Source of the DNA: Lama guanicoe
Taxonomy: Eukaryota
Assembly (NCBI GenBank): GCA_013239625.1
Contig: MU057073.1
Span: 315,412-379,411 of the forward strand
Reading direction: 5' to 3'
DNA length: 64,000 nucleotides
Under the pieces are notes generated by a model. It did no database searches and was not told the origin of the DNA. It saw only the letters and a list, made by a program, of their open reading frames with translations. Both the position numbers and the translations under genes were made by a program. Positions 1 through 12,394 of the stretch are shown here, one piece after another (the first letter of the stretch is position 1; each line of letters begins with the position of its first letter).

Positions 1-104
1 CCTCTTGGGTCGGAGGCCTGCGTCCTGCCCATCATGTAGAAGGGGAGCATGTTTGTGGCTGAGACTGGAATGTGCCGTCTGAGGGACGCTCTGCTCTGCC
101 CCAG

Positions 105-186
105 TACATCCTGAATGAGGCAGAGGCCCGCGTGAAGGCCGAGCTGTGGACACGGGAGAATGCTGAGTACCTTCGGGAGCAGAGGG
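105..186 (+). CDS. BRF1: BRF1 internal exon ([10 protein letters not shown]...LREQR)
   Basis: ccccag|TAC ... AGGG|gtgagt. Confidence 0.92.
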
Positions 187-2742
187 GTGAGTGCCCACCC
201 AGGTGTCCTGGGGTGCCACCTCGCTGACCCCACCCGCCCGGCTGACCCCACTGCTCTGCCTTCCAGAGAAGGAAGCAAGAATAGCGAAGGAGCGGGAGCT
301 TGGCATCTACAAGGAGCACAAGGTGGGGCGTCCCCCACTCCCCGGGGCCCGGGAGGCCTGCTTGGGGCCCAGCCCGGCCGGGGGTCTGCGCAGGGGCTGT
401 GGGCAGATGGCAGCCGCCCAGGCGCTCGCTCACCAGGGCGGCTCAGGCTTCCCAGTAGCCCCTGGCTGCTTGAGCCCCTGCCCCCTGGAGCCCGGCTGGC
501 GCTGAGGCCCACAGAAAGAATGACTTTTGTGTTTCCATTGAGCCCAAGAAGTCTTGCAAGCGACGGGAGCCCATCCAGGCTAGCACGGCTGGGGAGGCCA
601 TCGAGAAGATGCTGGAGCAGAAGAAAATCTCCAGCAAGATCAACTATAGCGTGCTCCGGGACCTGGACAGCAAGGCCGGGGCCGGCCTGCCCAGGGAGGA
701 CGCCCGGCCCGAGGAGCAGGCCCCAGCCAAGAAGCTGCCTCGGAGGAAAACGTCTGCCAGCAGGAGCGGGGCTGGTCCCGGGACCAGCGTGGGGAAAAGG
801 TACCGGGTGGGCTGGGGCCCGGGCCATGCAGAGGCGCTTGGGGAGTGTTGGCCACCTGAGTGCTAGGAACCATTGCTGGTGTCCGGCAGGCCCCTGCTGC
901 CCCGGCCAGGGCCGAGGAGGGGCTCCAGTCCCGGAAGGGCTCCCGTGGCATCAGGGCCTGTTGTGTTTCAAGGAACAGTGGGCCAGGCTGATTCTCCATC
1001 CCAGGAGTTGGTTCTCCTGGGTGTCCCCCGCGCCTGCCCCGCTCTCATCCCCTGCTCACTGCCGGGCAGGGGGGTTGGCTAGAGGAGACAGGAGTAGTGG
1101 CCGCAGTGTCACTCCCGATGGGGGCAGGCGGGCAGGGGCCACCACCCTGCAGAGATGGTCCGGGCAGCTCTGTGGCCTGTGTGCGGCTGAGGGCACAGAG
1201 GGGACTCGCCTGGATCGGAGACGGGCGGAGACGTGAGACCTGTGGGTCTGCGAGGGAGCCTGGCACGAGGGGAGCCTGGGGTGGGAGGGCTGCCAGGCCT
1301 GGAGCCCGGGTGAAGGAGCAGGCAGGCCACAGCAGGGCCTGGGGTGGACGGGACCCAGAGGGGCGGGGCGGCGGGGCTCTGCCCCCCCACGTCGCCCAGA
1401 TGTGCTATAGTGGCTGAGGCCGTCATGCTGTGCTCTCTTCCAGGTTGAGGCCGATGGTGTCACCGCAGCTGGCTAAGAAGGTGGCTGTCGGGGAGGTGCG
1501 TGGTGCCGAGACTGTGGGAAGCAGTGGCTGAGGATGGGCTGATGGGGATGGAGCATCGGCACTGCCGCTCTGGCTGTCCCAGCCCCGGCAGAGGGGCCTG
1601 TGGCCCAGGGTGGCCCCGGGGACAAGTGCCCTGGGAGCTGGAGGCCACTGGTGTGCAGCAGTGTCCAGCATTGCCCCCAGGCCAGCGTGCAGCCATCCAG
1701 GCTCCTCTGTGTGGGAAGCAAGGCCCAGCCCCAGGGTCCATCCCGGCCAGTGTTGGGCCTTCCCTCTTCCCTTGTCTGGGGACTGGAGGCCTTCCTCTTA
1801 ACGTCAGGATCCTGGTCTGGACCAGGAAATGAAAGTGAGGGGAGGGAGGGCCCCTAGGCAGCTGCAGGGCAGGATGGGGTCGCGGGGGGCAGCCTGTGCT
1901 CCAGGCCCCCTCCTTGGGCAGGGGCCCTCCTTCCTCCGGCAAGGCCTCAGCAGGAATGAAGAGTTTTCTGGAAGCTCCTGGGTGTGCACGGGGCGAGGGG
2001 AGAGGCCACGGGGTCGGGGGTCCTTGCTGACTGCTCTTGGAAGGTGGGAAGGGTCCCCAGCGGGGAGCTGTGCTCCGCCCTGTCCCCAGCTTGTCCCCTC
2101 ACCCGCCGCAGGCCTTGCTCCCAAGCCCCTCCTCCCTGGAGGCTGAGCCCGGCGGGCCCACGGCAGTCGTGGTGGAGAGCGGGCCAGTGTCGTACCACCC
2201 CGAGGAGGACGCAGATGAGGAGGACGCGGACGAGGAGGACGGCGAGCCCTGTGTCAGCGCCTTGCAGATGATGGGGGGCGACGGTGAGGGGCTCTGCACA
2301 CTGTTTCACCCGGGAGGAAACTTGAACTGAGTCTTGGTAGGAGTGGCCATACTGGTTTTAAGGCCAAGGGTGCTCAGAGGAGCTGGCCGGGCCTGGCTGC
2401 TGTGAAGGCTGTGAGCTCTGGGCTTGCCGGGCAGGGGCTGCCTGGCCAGCAGAGAAAAGCTGCACCCGCCGTATTGCTCATGGGACCTGCCAGGGTGAAA
2501 GGACTGCAGTGGTCTCCAGCGATGATGTGTGACCGAGGCTGTGCTAGAGCCCTGAGGGGGCAGCCGTGGCCACGCTGGTGGTGGGCAGGGGTGTGGCCAC
2601 TCCTAGGCACGCAGGGGGGTGCGGGAGTCGCGGCGGGTGGCACCTGGGCTCCTTGACCTCACGGCACTCCTCCGGCACCCGTGACTGTTTCTTGTGCTTT
2701 GCAGATTACGGCTGTGATGGTGATGAGGACGATGGCTACTGA
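105..2742 (+). CDS. BRF1: BRF1 (TFIIIB 90-kDa subunit), 3' part; exons 105-186, 267-322, 543-799, 1444-1495, 2112-2283, 2705-2742; 5' part is upstream of the window
   Basis: Spliced translation [84 protein letters not shown]...[23 protein letters not shown] matches the recalled BRF1 C-terminal TBP-binding region. GT-AG junctions have consistent phases. Confidence 0.95.
267..322 (+). CDS. BRF1: BRF1 internal exon ([19 protein letters not shown])
   Basis: ttccag|AG ... AAG|gtgggg. Confidence 0.92.
543..799 (+). CDS. BRF1: BRF1 internal exon ([10 protein letters not shown]...TSVGK)
   Basis: cattgag|CCC ... AAAAG|gtaccg; contains KKISSKINY. Confidence 0.9.
1444..1495 (+). CDS. BRF1: BRF1 internal exon ([18 protein letters not shown])
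   Basis: ttccag|G ... GAG|gtgcgt. Confidence 0.88.
2112..2283 (+). CDS. BRF1: BRF1 penultimate exon (ALLPSP...acidic tract...LQMMGGD)
   Basis: ccgcag|GCC ... GACG|gtgagg. Confidence 0.92.
2705..2742 (+). CDS. BRF1: BRF1 last coding exon ([12 protein letters not shown])
   Basis: ttgcag|AT TAC ... TGA at 2740-2742. Confidence 0.92.
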
Positions 2743-5700
2743 GGCGTGACCTTGCGGCCGGCAGCCTTTGGCGGTGGCCCCCGTTGGTGTCTCATCAAGG
2801 ATCAGTCAGGGTCTTTGATGCCAGGGCCCGCAGGCATGTGTGCCCAGACTCCCCGTGACAAGATGGGCGCTGCCCCGCCGGCTCCGTGCGCCTCATCCAC
2901 AGCTGCACGAGGCTTCCACGGCACTTGCTGTTGGGACCACGTTCTGAGCAGTGTCAGGAGTGTTTCTGCCCAGCAGGGGGCACCGGATCGGATGTCTGTG
3001 TGTGTCTGGTCAGAGGTGGGTCTCACGGCCCAAGAACCCTTGCAGAAACCCCTGCGCGAGGGCACTGTCACGTCCCATGGAAGAAATCTGAGGCACAGGG
3101 AGGTACAGCCACTTTCCCAAGCGAGTGGAGGGCCAGGTGGGTTCCAGGACCCCTCTGCCCCTCACCTTCTAGCTGGTCAGAGAAGCACTTTGTGTCCAGC
3201 CCTGTCCTCTGCTGGTCCAGAGCTGGTCCTGTGTCTCCACCTGAAGTCCCCGGCCAGGCACTTGTGCCTCCCTGCCCCTGCCTAGGCCGTGGGGACCTCG
3301 TGGATCTGCACGTGGGCATCCAGAGGCTGTGTGGCCTCAGCTGGCCAGCTGGCGAATCCAGTCAGTCCAGTGTCGCTCAGCAGAGGTCGAGGCACAGCTG
3401 CCCTGGGGACCCAGCGTGGCCAGCCTGGACAGAGCCGAGGTCCGGCTCACCGTTCACCAAGGGATGGCAGGCAGAGGGTCCCCAAGCCCGGTGGTCCAGC
3501 CCCAGATAGTTTCCGCCACCCTGAACCACCCGGGCCAGGCCTCCTCATAGGAAGGCCCAGAGATCATTCTCAGGGCTGGGCATCCCTGCTCTGGAGGTAG
3601 CCTGGGAGGTAAGGCAGATGTTTCTGTCCCTTGAGGCCCCAGCCTTGGCCACCTGCCCCCCACGGTGGCAGAGCCATGCCACACTACCTTCTGGGGCCCA
3701 GCCCCCATCTCCTAGGGTGGGCAGACCCCTCCCAGGGCACAGCAGAGTGTGCAGGGAGCAGCTCTCGAGGTCCTTGGTATACTCCTCGGCCTGTACCCTG
3801 CAGCCAGTCTGGGGCCCCAGGGCTCCTGGAAGGCTGGAGTGGAGGATGGGTAGGTGAAACAAAGATCATTACTTGAGCAGAAACCCACTGAGACTGTGGT
3901 CTGTGACTCTGTGTCCAGCTCTGTGGCCTCCCTGGCAGAGTGAGGCTGAGGCAGGCACGCCTGGTCCTGTTCTCAGATGCACGATGAGGCTCCATCAGCG
4001 ACATGTCCCCCCACTCCCTGCAGGGGGTCCCTGTGCCGTGGGTCCCTGGTGTGGGCATCCTGGCGTGGGCATACCGTGGGGCTGTGGGCCGGGAGGGCTC
4101 GCTTGGCTGCAGGGGCTCATAGGGGAGCCTCATGGGCTTGGGGCGCTCCCGGCACTGCAGGAAGCAGATGGTGGGCCAGGCCAGAGATGACGGGGTGGGG
4201 GTGGCGGGTGCTCAGGGAACTTCCAGGTGGTGGCAGCTGGCGGCTGTGGAGAAGGTGCACCCAGCGCTGTGGGGCTGGTTTTCAAGACGGCTCTGGCTGG
4301 AAATAAGGGGCTTCTGGGTGGAGGCCTGGAGGGTGGGTGGCTGGGCAGGACTGTGCTGTCCTGCAGGGGAGGAGGGGATGGCACTGCCTGGCCAGTGAGA
4401 TGAGGGCTGGGGCCAGGAGCGGACGCTTGCATGCTCTGGGGGAGGCTGCTGAAGCAGAGCAGGAGGTGGAGGGGGTTTGGGGGAGACGAGCATGCTGGTG
4501 GCTGGCAGGGCCAAGGCCAGAGGTGCCTCACCCACCCCTGAGGTGGGCAGGAGGCCCCGAGGAGGCTGAGAGGCAGGCAGGGCTGCTGGAAGGGGAGGTC
4601 TGTGGGCAGGAGGTAGTGATTGGGAGTGGCGTCCGGTCCCAGAATGGCTGGGGTGCCTCTGGGCTGTAGCCAGCGCCCTGTATGCTGGCCACCACTACAT
4701 GTGTGGGCTTGAGGGGGACATGCAGGTCTGTGTGCACCTCCAGCCATGTCCCCGTGCCGCCCTCCCAACCCGGAGAGTAACCTGTTCCATCAGACCCGGG
4801 ATCATGGGGAGGGAAGGGAGGGGAGGCAGGGAGGAGGCACAGCCCCTAGAACTCACACTGTCTGGACGTCTGCCCTGAAGCCAGGTCCCTCCAGCTGCTG
4901 GCCCAGGGTCCACTCCCAGCGGAGGCCTGGGAGGGTGGCCCCCAGCAGGGCGGGGTTCAGGCTGCCTTCCCCTGGAATCCTGCACATCTCGGCCTCTCCC
5001 AGACCCCCGGGTTGTGGACCGGACGCCAGCATGGCCGCTCCTCCCTCCCCCTCATGTCTTCAGCCCTGCTGGGTGGACGGCAGGAGTGGGCACCCCAGCT
5101 CGGGGGAGAGGGATCCTGGCGACCCCCCATCCGACACCTGCCGGTCAGAGTCACCGAGGTTCTGATTGCCAAGGGGTGCGTCACAGTGTCCACCCCCCGC
5201 CATCCAGTTCCCCCCGAGCCGCGCTCTCTCCACCCACTGCTTGAGGCCCCTCTGTGGTGCTGTGGGGGGTGCGGGGGGCCTGCTCCCTGCCCGGGGCTCG
5301 GGGGCCTGCCCTGGGAGCCGTGTGGCCCACCTGGTTGGAATCAGCACCAGCTGCTGGCGTGAGCTCGGGCTCCGATGGCTGCTGACAGGTGGGCCCCAGG
5401 CCCATCCTAGTCTCCCAGGTGAAACCAGGGGAGCTGGATCTCATCACCCACCTGGGAGGTGGCCTCCCTGCCCTTCCTGGGGAAGTGAACTCAACACATC
5501 CCGCCAGGCTGGGGGCTGCCTTGCAGATTAGTCCAGCTAGACCCCATCTTGGACCTGAGCCAGGTGCCCCGTGGGGCCTGGCCAGGGCATGGTCTTACTC
5601 CCAAGGAGCCCACGCGGTGCCGGGGAGCAGCTGGGAGAGGTGACCTCCTCCCTACATCTGAGCCCAGCTCCCTAGGGGACCACCGGCCTGTCCCTGTCAT

Positions 5701-6929
5701 GTGACGGGTGGGGCCACATGCCACGCTTTGGCTGTCTGGGGACAGGTGTTTGCACACAGCATGTGTGCACCCGAGCCCCTGGGGCAGTCCAGGAGTGTGT
5801 CCCCTCATTCCAGGTGCCCTGAGCTGGTAGTGGGAACCCTGGGGTGGGGGTCAGGAGTCAGACAGAAGGAAGGCTGAAGGCTGGAGCCACCTCTGACCTC
5901 CACCTCCCAAGAGCTGTCCAACCCCTGCCCGCTGCCACTGTCACTTCAGGGTCACATCAGCCTGCTCAGCCTCAGGCTGCGCGTGCCCTGGGCCAGAGCT
6001 CACACACCTGCCTCCTAGCTGCTCCCCCACGTGCCCTCATGTGACCCCTCAGTGGTTTCTGGATTGGTTAGGCCTCCAGGCAGACAGCAGGGCTGAGGGC
6101 CACCCACTGCTACCAAGATCACCTGCAGGCAGGGTGCAGGCTTTAGGGGAGGGGCACGTGCCAGGCAGCCCCTGAGAACAAATGCCCACTAACATGGACT
6201 TGGCCATTCGCCACCTCAGACACTCCGCTGTGCCTTGTCAGCCCCCGTCCCTGACCGGCTTGGCACTGTGGCCAGTTCCAGACTGCATAGTCTCCATCTC
6301 ACCTTCCCTGGGCCAGGCCTGGGCACGGTGATGCCCCAGCCTACTGTCTACCTCTTGCCCATCTCCCCAGCCCCTTTGTCATCCACTTGGAAGGCTGGAA
6401 CGCTGGTGGAGCAGGGGGGGTCAGGCTGGGCCTGTGGGCTGGCAGCCTGGGACTGGAGTGGGGGCTCTTGTCGTTGGGCCGGGGCTGCGCCAACTGCTCT
6501 CTCCCATACCGAGCGGGGCCCTGGGAGGGGCCTAGATGTGCCCATCACACACCCCAACAGCCCGCCAGGCTAGGGGCTGCTCTGATCAGTGCAGCAGGTG
6601 TGTTGAGAGCAGGGCTCCAGGGGTCGCAGCGAGATGGACACACGGACTTGCACTGTAGGCCAGTGTGGACACCAAGGGGTCAGTGGGGCGTGTGTCTGCA
6701 GGACAGTCCTGCAGGGTGACCGTGACCATGTTGTCAGGAGAAGCCAGGTCCTCGCCCCACCCATGACCACTGCTGTGTGGCCTGGATGGAGGTGGGCAGG
6801 CAGGCCCTGACCCTCGGGCTGCCCAGGCCAGTCTCCGCCTGGCTTCCTGCTTCCAGGCCACAATCAAGCTCCAACTGAGACCAGAGACCACACGGCCCCC
6901 CCACCCTGGGGACACTCCATTCCCCAGAT

Positions 6930-6935
6930 AATAAA
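6930..6935 (+). terminator. Candidate poly(A) signal AATAAA, possibly for BRF1
   Basis: First canonical AATAAA I noticed after the BRF1 stop; GT/T-rich sequence follows. Confidence 0.35.
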
Positions 6936-9900
6936 AGTGGCCCACAGAGGTGTAGGTGCGGGTCAGGGCCTCAGTCTTTGTCCTCTCATGTGCCCTCTTG
7001 TCACTGTAGGGCCTGAGCCACTGGGCCCAGGCCAGCCCGCCTGGGGCTCCAACTCCAGTGCCACCCAACCCACCCGCCTTGGGCATTGCAGAGTGCCGCC
7101 TCCACGTGCCCACCCTGTTCCCTTCCTGGGGTTGAGGACCTCCGTGCCCAGTCGAGACGGTGAAGACAGACACGGAGGAAAATGCAGCCCAAACCTCAGC
7201 CTGGGTCTGAGCCCCACTGCCCGGGCTCTGATCGCCCTCCACACGCGGCTGCAGTGCCCAGCAGGCCGCCCGAGCTGTCAGTTCCTGGGGCTGGCAGGTC
7301 AACACGCCTCAGCTGCCTATGACCCTAGAGAGCCTCAGATTGTGCCCCCACTGCAGGCCCCAATGATGCAGCCATACCCTGAGCAGCTGGGGGTGCCCCA
7401 GGACCAGCTGGGCTCAGTGGGGAGGCCTTGCCTGGCCAGGCCAGAAACTCAGCCCCTGGGGCAGCCCCTCTGCCTGCCCCCGTCCTGCGAGAGGACCGAT
7501 GCTCTTCTCGCGGCCTTGGGTTTGGGGCCCCCATCCCCAGCCCAGGAGTCCAGCGACATCCTCCCAGGTCCCAAGCTGCCACTTACGCAGGGCCCTCTGC
7601 CACCCAGCACATGCACCCTGGCCCCTCGGGGGACACTGAGAGGGGCCAGCTGGTTCTTGCAGGAGGGGCTCCTGAGTCATGTCACGTCCAGCTCTGGTGC
7701 TGTGCGTGGGGCCGGGTCTGCGTGGGGCCAGCAGCCCCTGCGCCTACGTGCCTGGAGGGTTGGCCAGTCCCCGAGGAGGCCTTGGCCCCGGCCAGGCTGG
7801 CAGGGGGTGGGGGCGAGGGACTGGCCAAGGCTGCAGGCCGCAGGCACTGACTGCCCAGGCCCTTCAAAGGGGCCGTGGGCGGTGGCAAAGTGGAGGCTCT
7901 ACAGTTTTCCTGCCGGGAGAGGAACCTGGCTCAGGAAGCCATTGTCCCCACACAATGGGTCCGGTTGGGACTGTGGGCCAGGGCCCCAGACTGGTGGAAC
8001 CTGACCCCGACCTCAACCCTGACCCTGGCCCTCCTCATACCCTTGACCCCCATCCCTGCCAGACCCTGGCCAGGCCAAGGGAAGGCTGCTCCTTTGTGAG
8101 GCTGGGGAACTGGGAAGGACCAGGACGGGGCGCACTCCTGGTCAGCCCCACAGGGAGGGTCACCGTGCATCATGGCTGCAGAGACTCAGCCGGAGCCCTG
8201 GAAGACTGCTGGGTGGCGTGGGGGCTGTCCTCTCCTGGGCAATGAGGGGCTTTCACACTGGCCGGGCTGAGTAATCGCTTCCCCCCATTTGGAGGTCACG
8301 GTGAATAGGCACATTGTCTGCCAGGTGCCTGCCTTGGTGTGGCCTGGGAAAATGACCATCCAGCACTTCGCAGGGGGATGCCTGCGTGGCCCCCACCCCC
8401 GGCTTCAGCCACAACATGGAGCAGAACCCGGGTCAGCATGGGCCCAACTGGCAGGACCTGCGCTGTCCGGGCAGGGCCTGACTGCAGGCAATCACGGGGC
8501 TGGGCGGACGGGGTGGGGGTGGGAGTGGCCCTGGGCCCAGAGGCTGAGCTGGGATCACCACCTGCACACGCCATGTCACGCTGGTGATGGGGACGTGCAG
8601 GAGGGTTAGCTTATGTCCCCGTGCCCGCCCCCCACAGGTCTCCCTGGGGGCTCACCACTTCTGGTCTGCCTCCCCACCAAAGCCCCTTAACAGAATATTC
8701 CTTCCAACCACACACAGAACTCTGGAAGGGACCTGTTTCATGGGTTGACCGGTTACTTAGTGAGCCTTGACAAAGCCTCATAGCAAAACTCTTGGTTATG
8801 AGGTTGGCTGTGGGGACAGGGACGTGGCGGGGGGGGGGGACAGCCTCCATGCTGGGGAAACAAAACAGGCCAGGGATGGAGAGTGAGCAGAGCCGGTGTG
8901 CAGCAGCAGTGGAGGGGAGGGGAGGGGCGTGGGGCAGGGCCTGAGCACGTGGGCCTGTGGGCGTCACTGGGGGAGAGGGAGCAGAGGGTTCAGGGGTCTG
9001 TTGGGTGTGGGTGGCAGCAAGTGGGAGAGCCTGGAGTGACGGAAGGGCCACACAAGGGGTGGACATAGAGTCCACTAGTCTGGGGATGGCATTCAACATC
9101 TCCCTCAGTGCACTCCCAGCCTGGGGATGTGAATGTGGGGAGGGGCGTGGTGGTCACGGGCCCAGGCTACAGGGTGGAAGGAGGGCCCACGCACACATGG
9201 GCACGCACCTTGAGAAGTGCCCCCTTCCTGGCCCCCAACAGACTGGGCAAGCAGAAGGCGGGTACGGCCCAGTCAGCCAGCAGGCGGCACTGCAGACAGG
9301 TGCATCCAAGCCATGGGGGTGCCTGAGGCTGCGTGTGCACGATGAGGACCCTTGTGGAGGTTTTGTGTGCACGCGTGCACACGTGCATGTGTGTTGGGGG
9401 TCAGTGCTGCGAGGACCCCTGCTCCAGGGAGGGGCTGGCCCTTCTCCTGTGGGAGGGGGACAGCTGGCTCCTTTGCTGTTTACATCGCCCCAGGGTGGTT
9501 CCCTGATGCAGGGAGGGGCGCCCTGCATGATCAGACCTTCAGTTCCCGCCCTGACTCACGCAGTGTCCTCAGGCACGCTAGGCGAGGGGTGCACTGGGGT
9601 GAGGGTGAGGGTGGAAGCTGGGTTCTGCAGTGAGCAGCAGATTCTGGGTTCCCGCTGAGGGTCCAGTAAAGCTCACAGACAAGTTCCATGGAGTGGTGAC
9701 ATCCCCTGGGAGGCCCTAGTGTAGGAAGTGTGTAGGGGTTAGGCCAGGATGGCTTCCTGGAAGGAGAGGGGTCCACACTGGAATGAGAAGGAGGAGGAAC
9801 TGGTCAGGCCACATGGGGCACAGAAGAGTCAGGTGGGCTGCCGACCTGGGGTTGGATGACAGAGGGCGTGGGGCGGGGCGGTGAGAACCGCTGAAGGTGG

Positions 9901-12199
9901 GACGGGTCCGGGTCCCCAGAGGTTAGGGTGCTGTGCTCCTTGCAGAGTTGGACAGCAGAGCCTGTGGGTAGGGAGCAAGTGTATGGCCCTAGAGGTGGGC
10001 CTCTAGGCTGCCCACCCTTCTGGGTATGGGCACTTGGGATTGAGGGGTGCACAAACTGGTGGGGGTACCTCAGCCTTGCTGGTCAAGGGTGGGGGACGGG
10101 AGGACAGGCTAAAAGATGCGGACGATGCTGGTGGTGAGAATGTGGTGGGCAGGGGAGGGGGGCCCAGAGTGGCCCTGCCAGCCAGGTGTGGGCTGGAGCA
10201 AGGGCAGGAGTTTGTAGGAGGCAGGTGGGTGTGGGCCAGTGTCCCCAGACCGGGCTCTCAGTGAGTCACGGCTGACCTGGCGTCCCGGCGCCACGGGGGC
10301 CCAGGCTGCGCTGGCCGCAGGAAGCGTCATGAGCTGATAACGGGTGGGAGTCAGAAGTGCCGGTCCTCCTACTTCCTGCAGCGGGAGCAGCAGGCTGGGT
10401 GCTGGGCAGAGGCTGGGCAGGCATCTGCTCGTGTAGGCCCAGGCGTCCTGGCCCGGCCTGCGTCCTCACAAGACCACACAACTGTGCCTCATGACCACCT
10501 GGCTGCGCCTGTGGAGGGCACAGCGGCGGACACCACGGTGGGCACGAGGAGTCCTGGGGGTGCTGCAGTTTTGAGGCTATGGAGCAAAGGGTGGAGCGGA
10601 CAGTGTGGTCGGGCCAGCAAGAGCCAGGGCAGGGTCGGGTGGAGGAGAGCGTAGGGGGCAGGCCAAGGGTGGCGTGTGTCCACCAGAGGGGCAGACTGCA
10701 CCTACCTGAGGGTCAGCTGCATCCAGGCCACGGGGGGGTCATGGTTACCTGGGTTACTCCAGAGATGGGGTGCTCAGAGCACTAGGGAGCAGCAGGAGGT
10801 ATTGGTGGGGGGCACTCGGCTCCTGGGAGGGCAGGCCCCCAGGCCCCCATGTGGCCGTCTGGGCAGCCTCGCTGAGGGACCCTGAGCCACGTGGGCAGCA
10901 CTTCTGCACTCCAGCACTTGTGCTGTGTCTGGGGCCACAACCTGCCAGCCCACCAGCAGGACTGCCACCATCAGCCAGTCGGCGCTCACACCCCCACCCC
11001 AGGCTGGACTGGCATCACCAGGGCCACACCTCTGCACCCTCTTACACAGCACCACCATCCCCGCAGTCACCCCTGCCCCACCCAACCCCTGGGACCCTGG
11101 CAGAGTCACCATGCAAGTACTCTCCCTGCCAGGGCTGGCCTCCAACGGCCACCTTCACCACCACTGCCACCATCTTAGCAGGGTAGGGCGGGCAGGTGGG
11201 CACACAGGGCAGCTGTCGGGGCAATGCCCCCCAGGCCCCGGCTTCTGGACCCCTTGCCCTTCCCCAAACACCTGGCTCCTTCCTGACTCCAGCCTGTGTC
11301 TGGGCCACTCTCTCTCCTGCTGGGTCTGTCTTTTGTCCCCTCCTCTCCCAGCAAACATGACATAAGTGTCACTTCCCCCTAGAAGCCTTCCAGTGGCTGT
11401 GTCAGAGCTTCTCCTGGGCCCTGCAGCCTGCGAGCGTCCCTCTGCCCTGACTTTGCCCACCCTGTATCATCTATGTCTCAGGGATGGCTCCACGAGGCCA
11501 GGGGCTTGTCCCACCAGGCCACTGTAGGCCAGTGCCATCAGTGCGAGGGAGTGCTGGCCGAGCTGAAGGCCAGACAGACAGACCGGGGAGCTGCAATGGG
11601 CCTGAGCCCCTGGCTCCTCCCCAGGCCCCTGCCCTGCCTGGGGCCTGCCAGGACCACAAGTGGGCCACCTCATCCTGCCAGGAAAGAAGAGCCTGTCTCA
11701 GTTCTTCCAGACCTCTAGGTTTTGCCCCTCTCGGCCCCTCCTCCTTGTTCTGGAAGATGCTTTGACTCCCCCCCTCTTTCCCTGATTATGGCTCTGTGCT
11801 TGCCTCACTCACAAAACCTCGCAGACAAGGGGTGGTGACGTGGGGGCACCTGGGCCCTCCAGGGCCAGCGCAGGGCTGACCCCTGACCGCAGCTCCAGGG
11901 CTCAGGCCTGGGCAGGGACTCCCCCACTCCTCCACTGGAGCTGGCTCTCAGAGCCCGGCCTCCTCACACAGAGCTGCCCACGTTCACTGTGAGTCCAGTG
12001 GCCTCCGAAGGAGTCCCCCAGACCACGCTGCCCCCCCCAGAGCACAGCAAGCCACACAGGACCCTTGCAGAGCCAGGAGTTGTGGGGACAGCCGACTGGG
12101 CTGCCCTCCAGGGCTGGACTGTCCTTCCACCCTTCCGGGTGGAGAGAACGCAACGAGGCGTTGACTTCTGATGCTTTTTGACGGGAGCGGCAGGGAGGA

Positions 12200-12318
12200 G
12201 GCTTGAATCTAAGTCGGGGAAAATGATTCTTTGGGACACTAGTCCACCATCACCTATGTCTGATGGATTTCCGAATAAAGTCGCTATTCCTTGCCCGAAA
12301 CAAAAAACCAGAAAACCT
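12200..12318 (+). mobile_element. ERV-LTR-like 3' fragment with AATAAA and A-rich tail (copy 1)
   Basis: ttctttgggacactagtccaccatc...ttccgAATAAAgtcgctattccttgccc resembles recalled ERV1-type LTR R regions; followed by aaacaaaaaaccagaaaa. Confidence 0.55.
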
Positions 12319-12394
12319 CTTAGCAGCGTGGCTTCACTGGCGGGTGCAGGGCCCTGGCTGGGCCCAGGTATTCAACACCGCACAGGCCGCCTGC

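Noticed and set aside
160-1236. 358-aa ORF over BRF1
   Set aside because: Off-frame read-through of BRF1 exons and introns; Pro/Gly/Arg-rich composition typical of GC-rich noise
6937-8004. 355-aa intergenic ORF
   Set aside because: No recognisable domain, non-ATG start; long ORFs are expected by chance at this GC content
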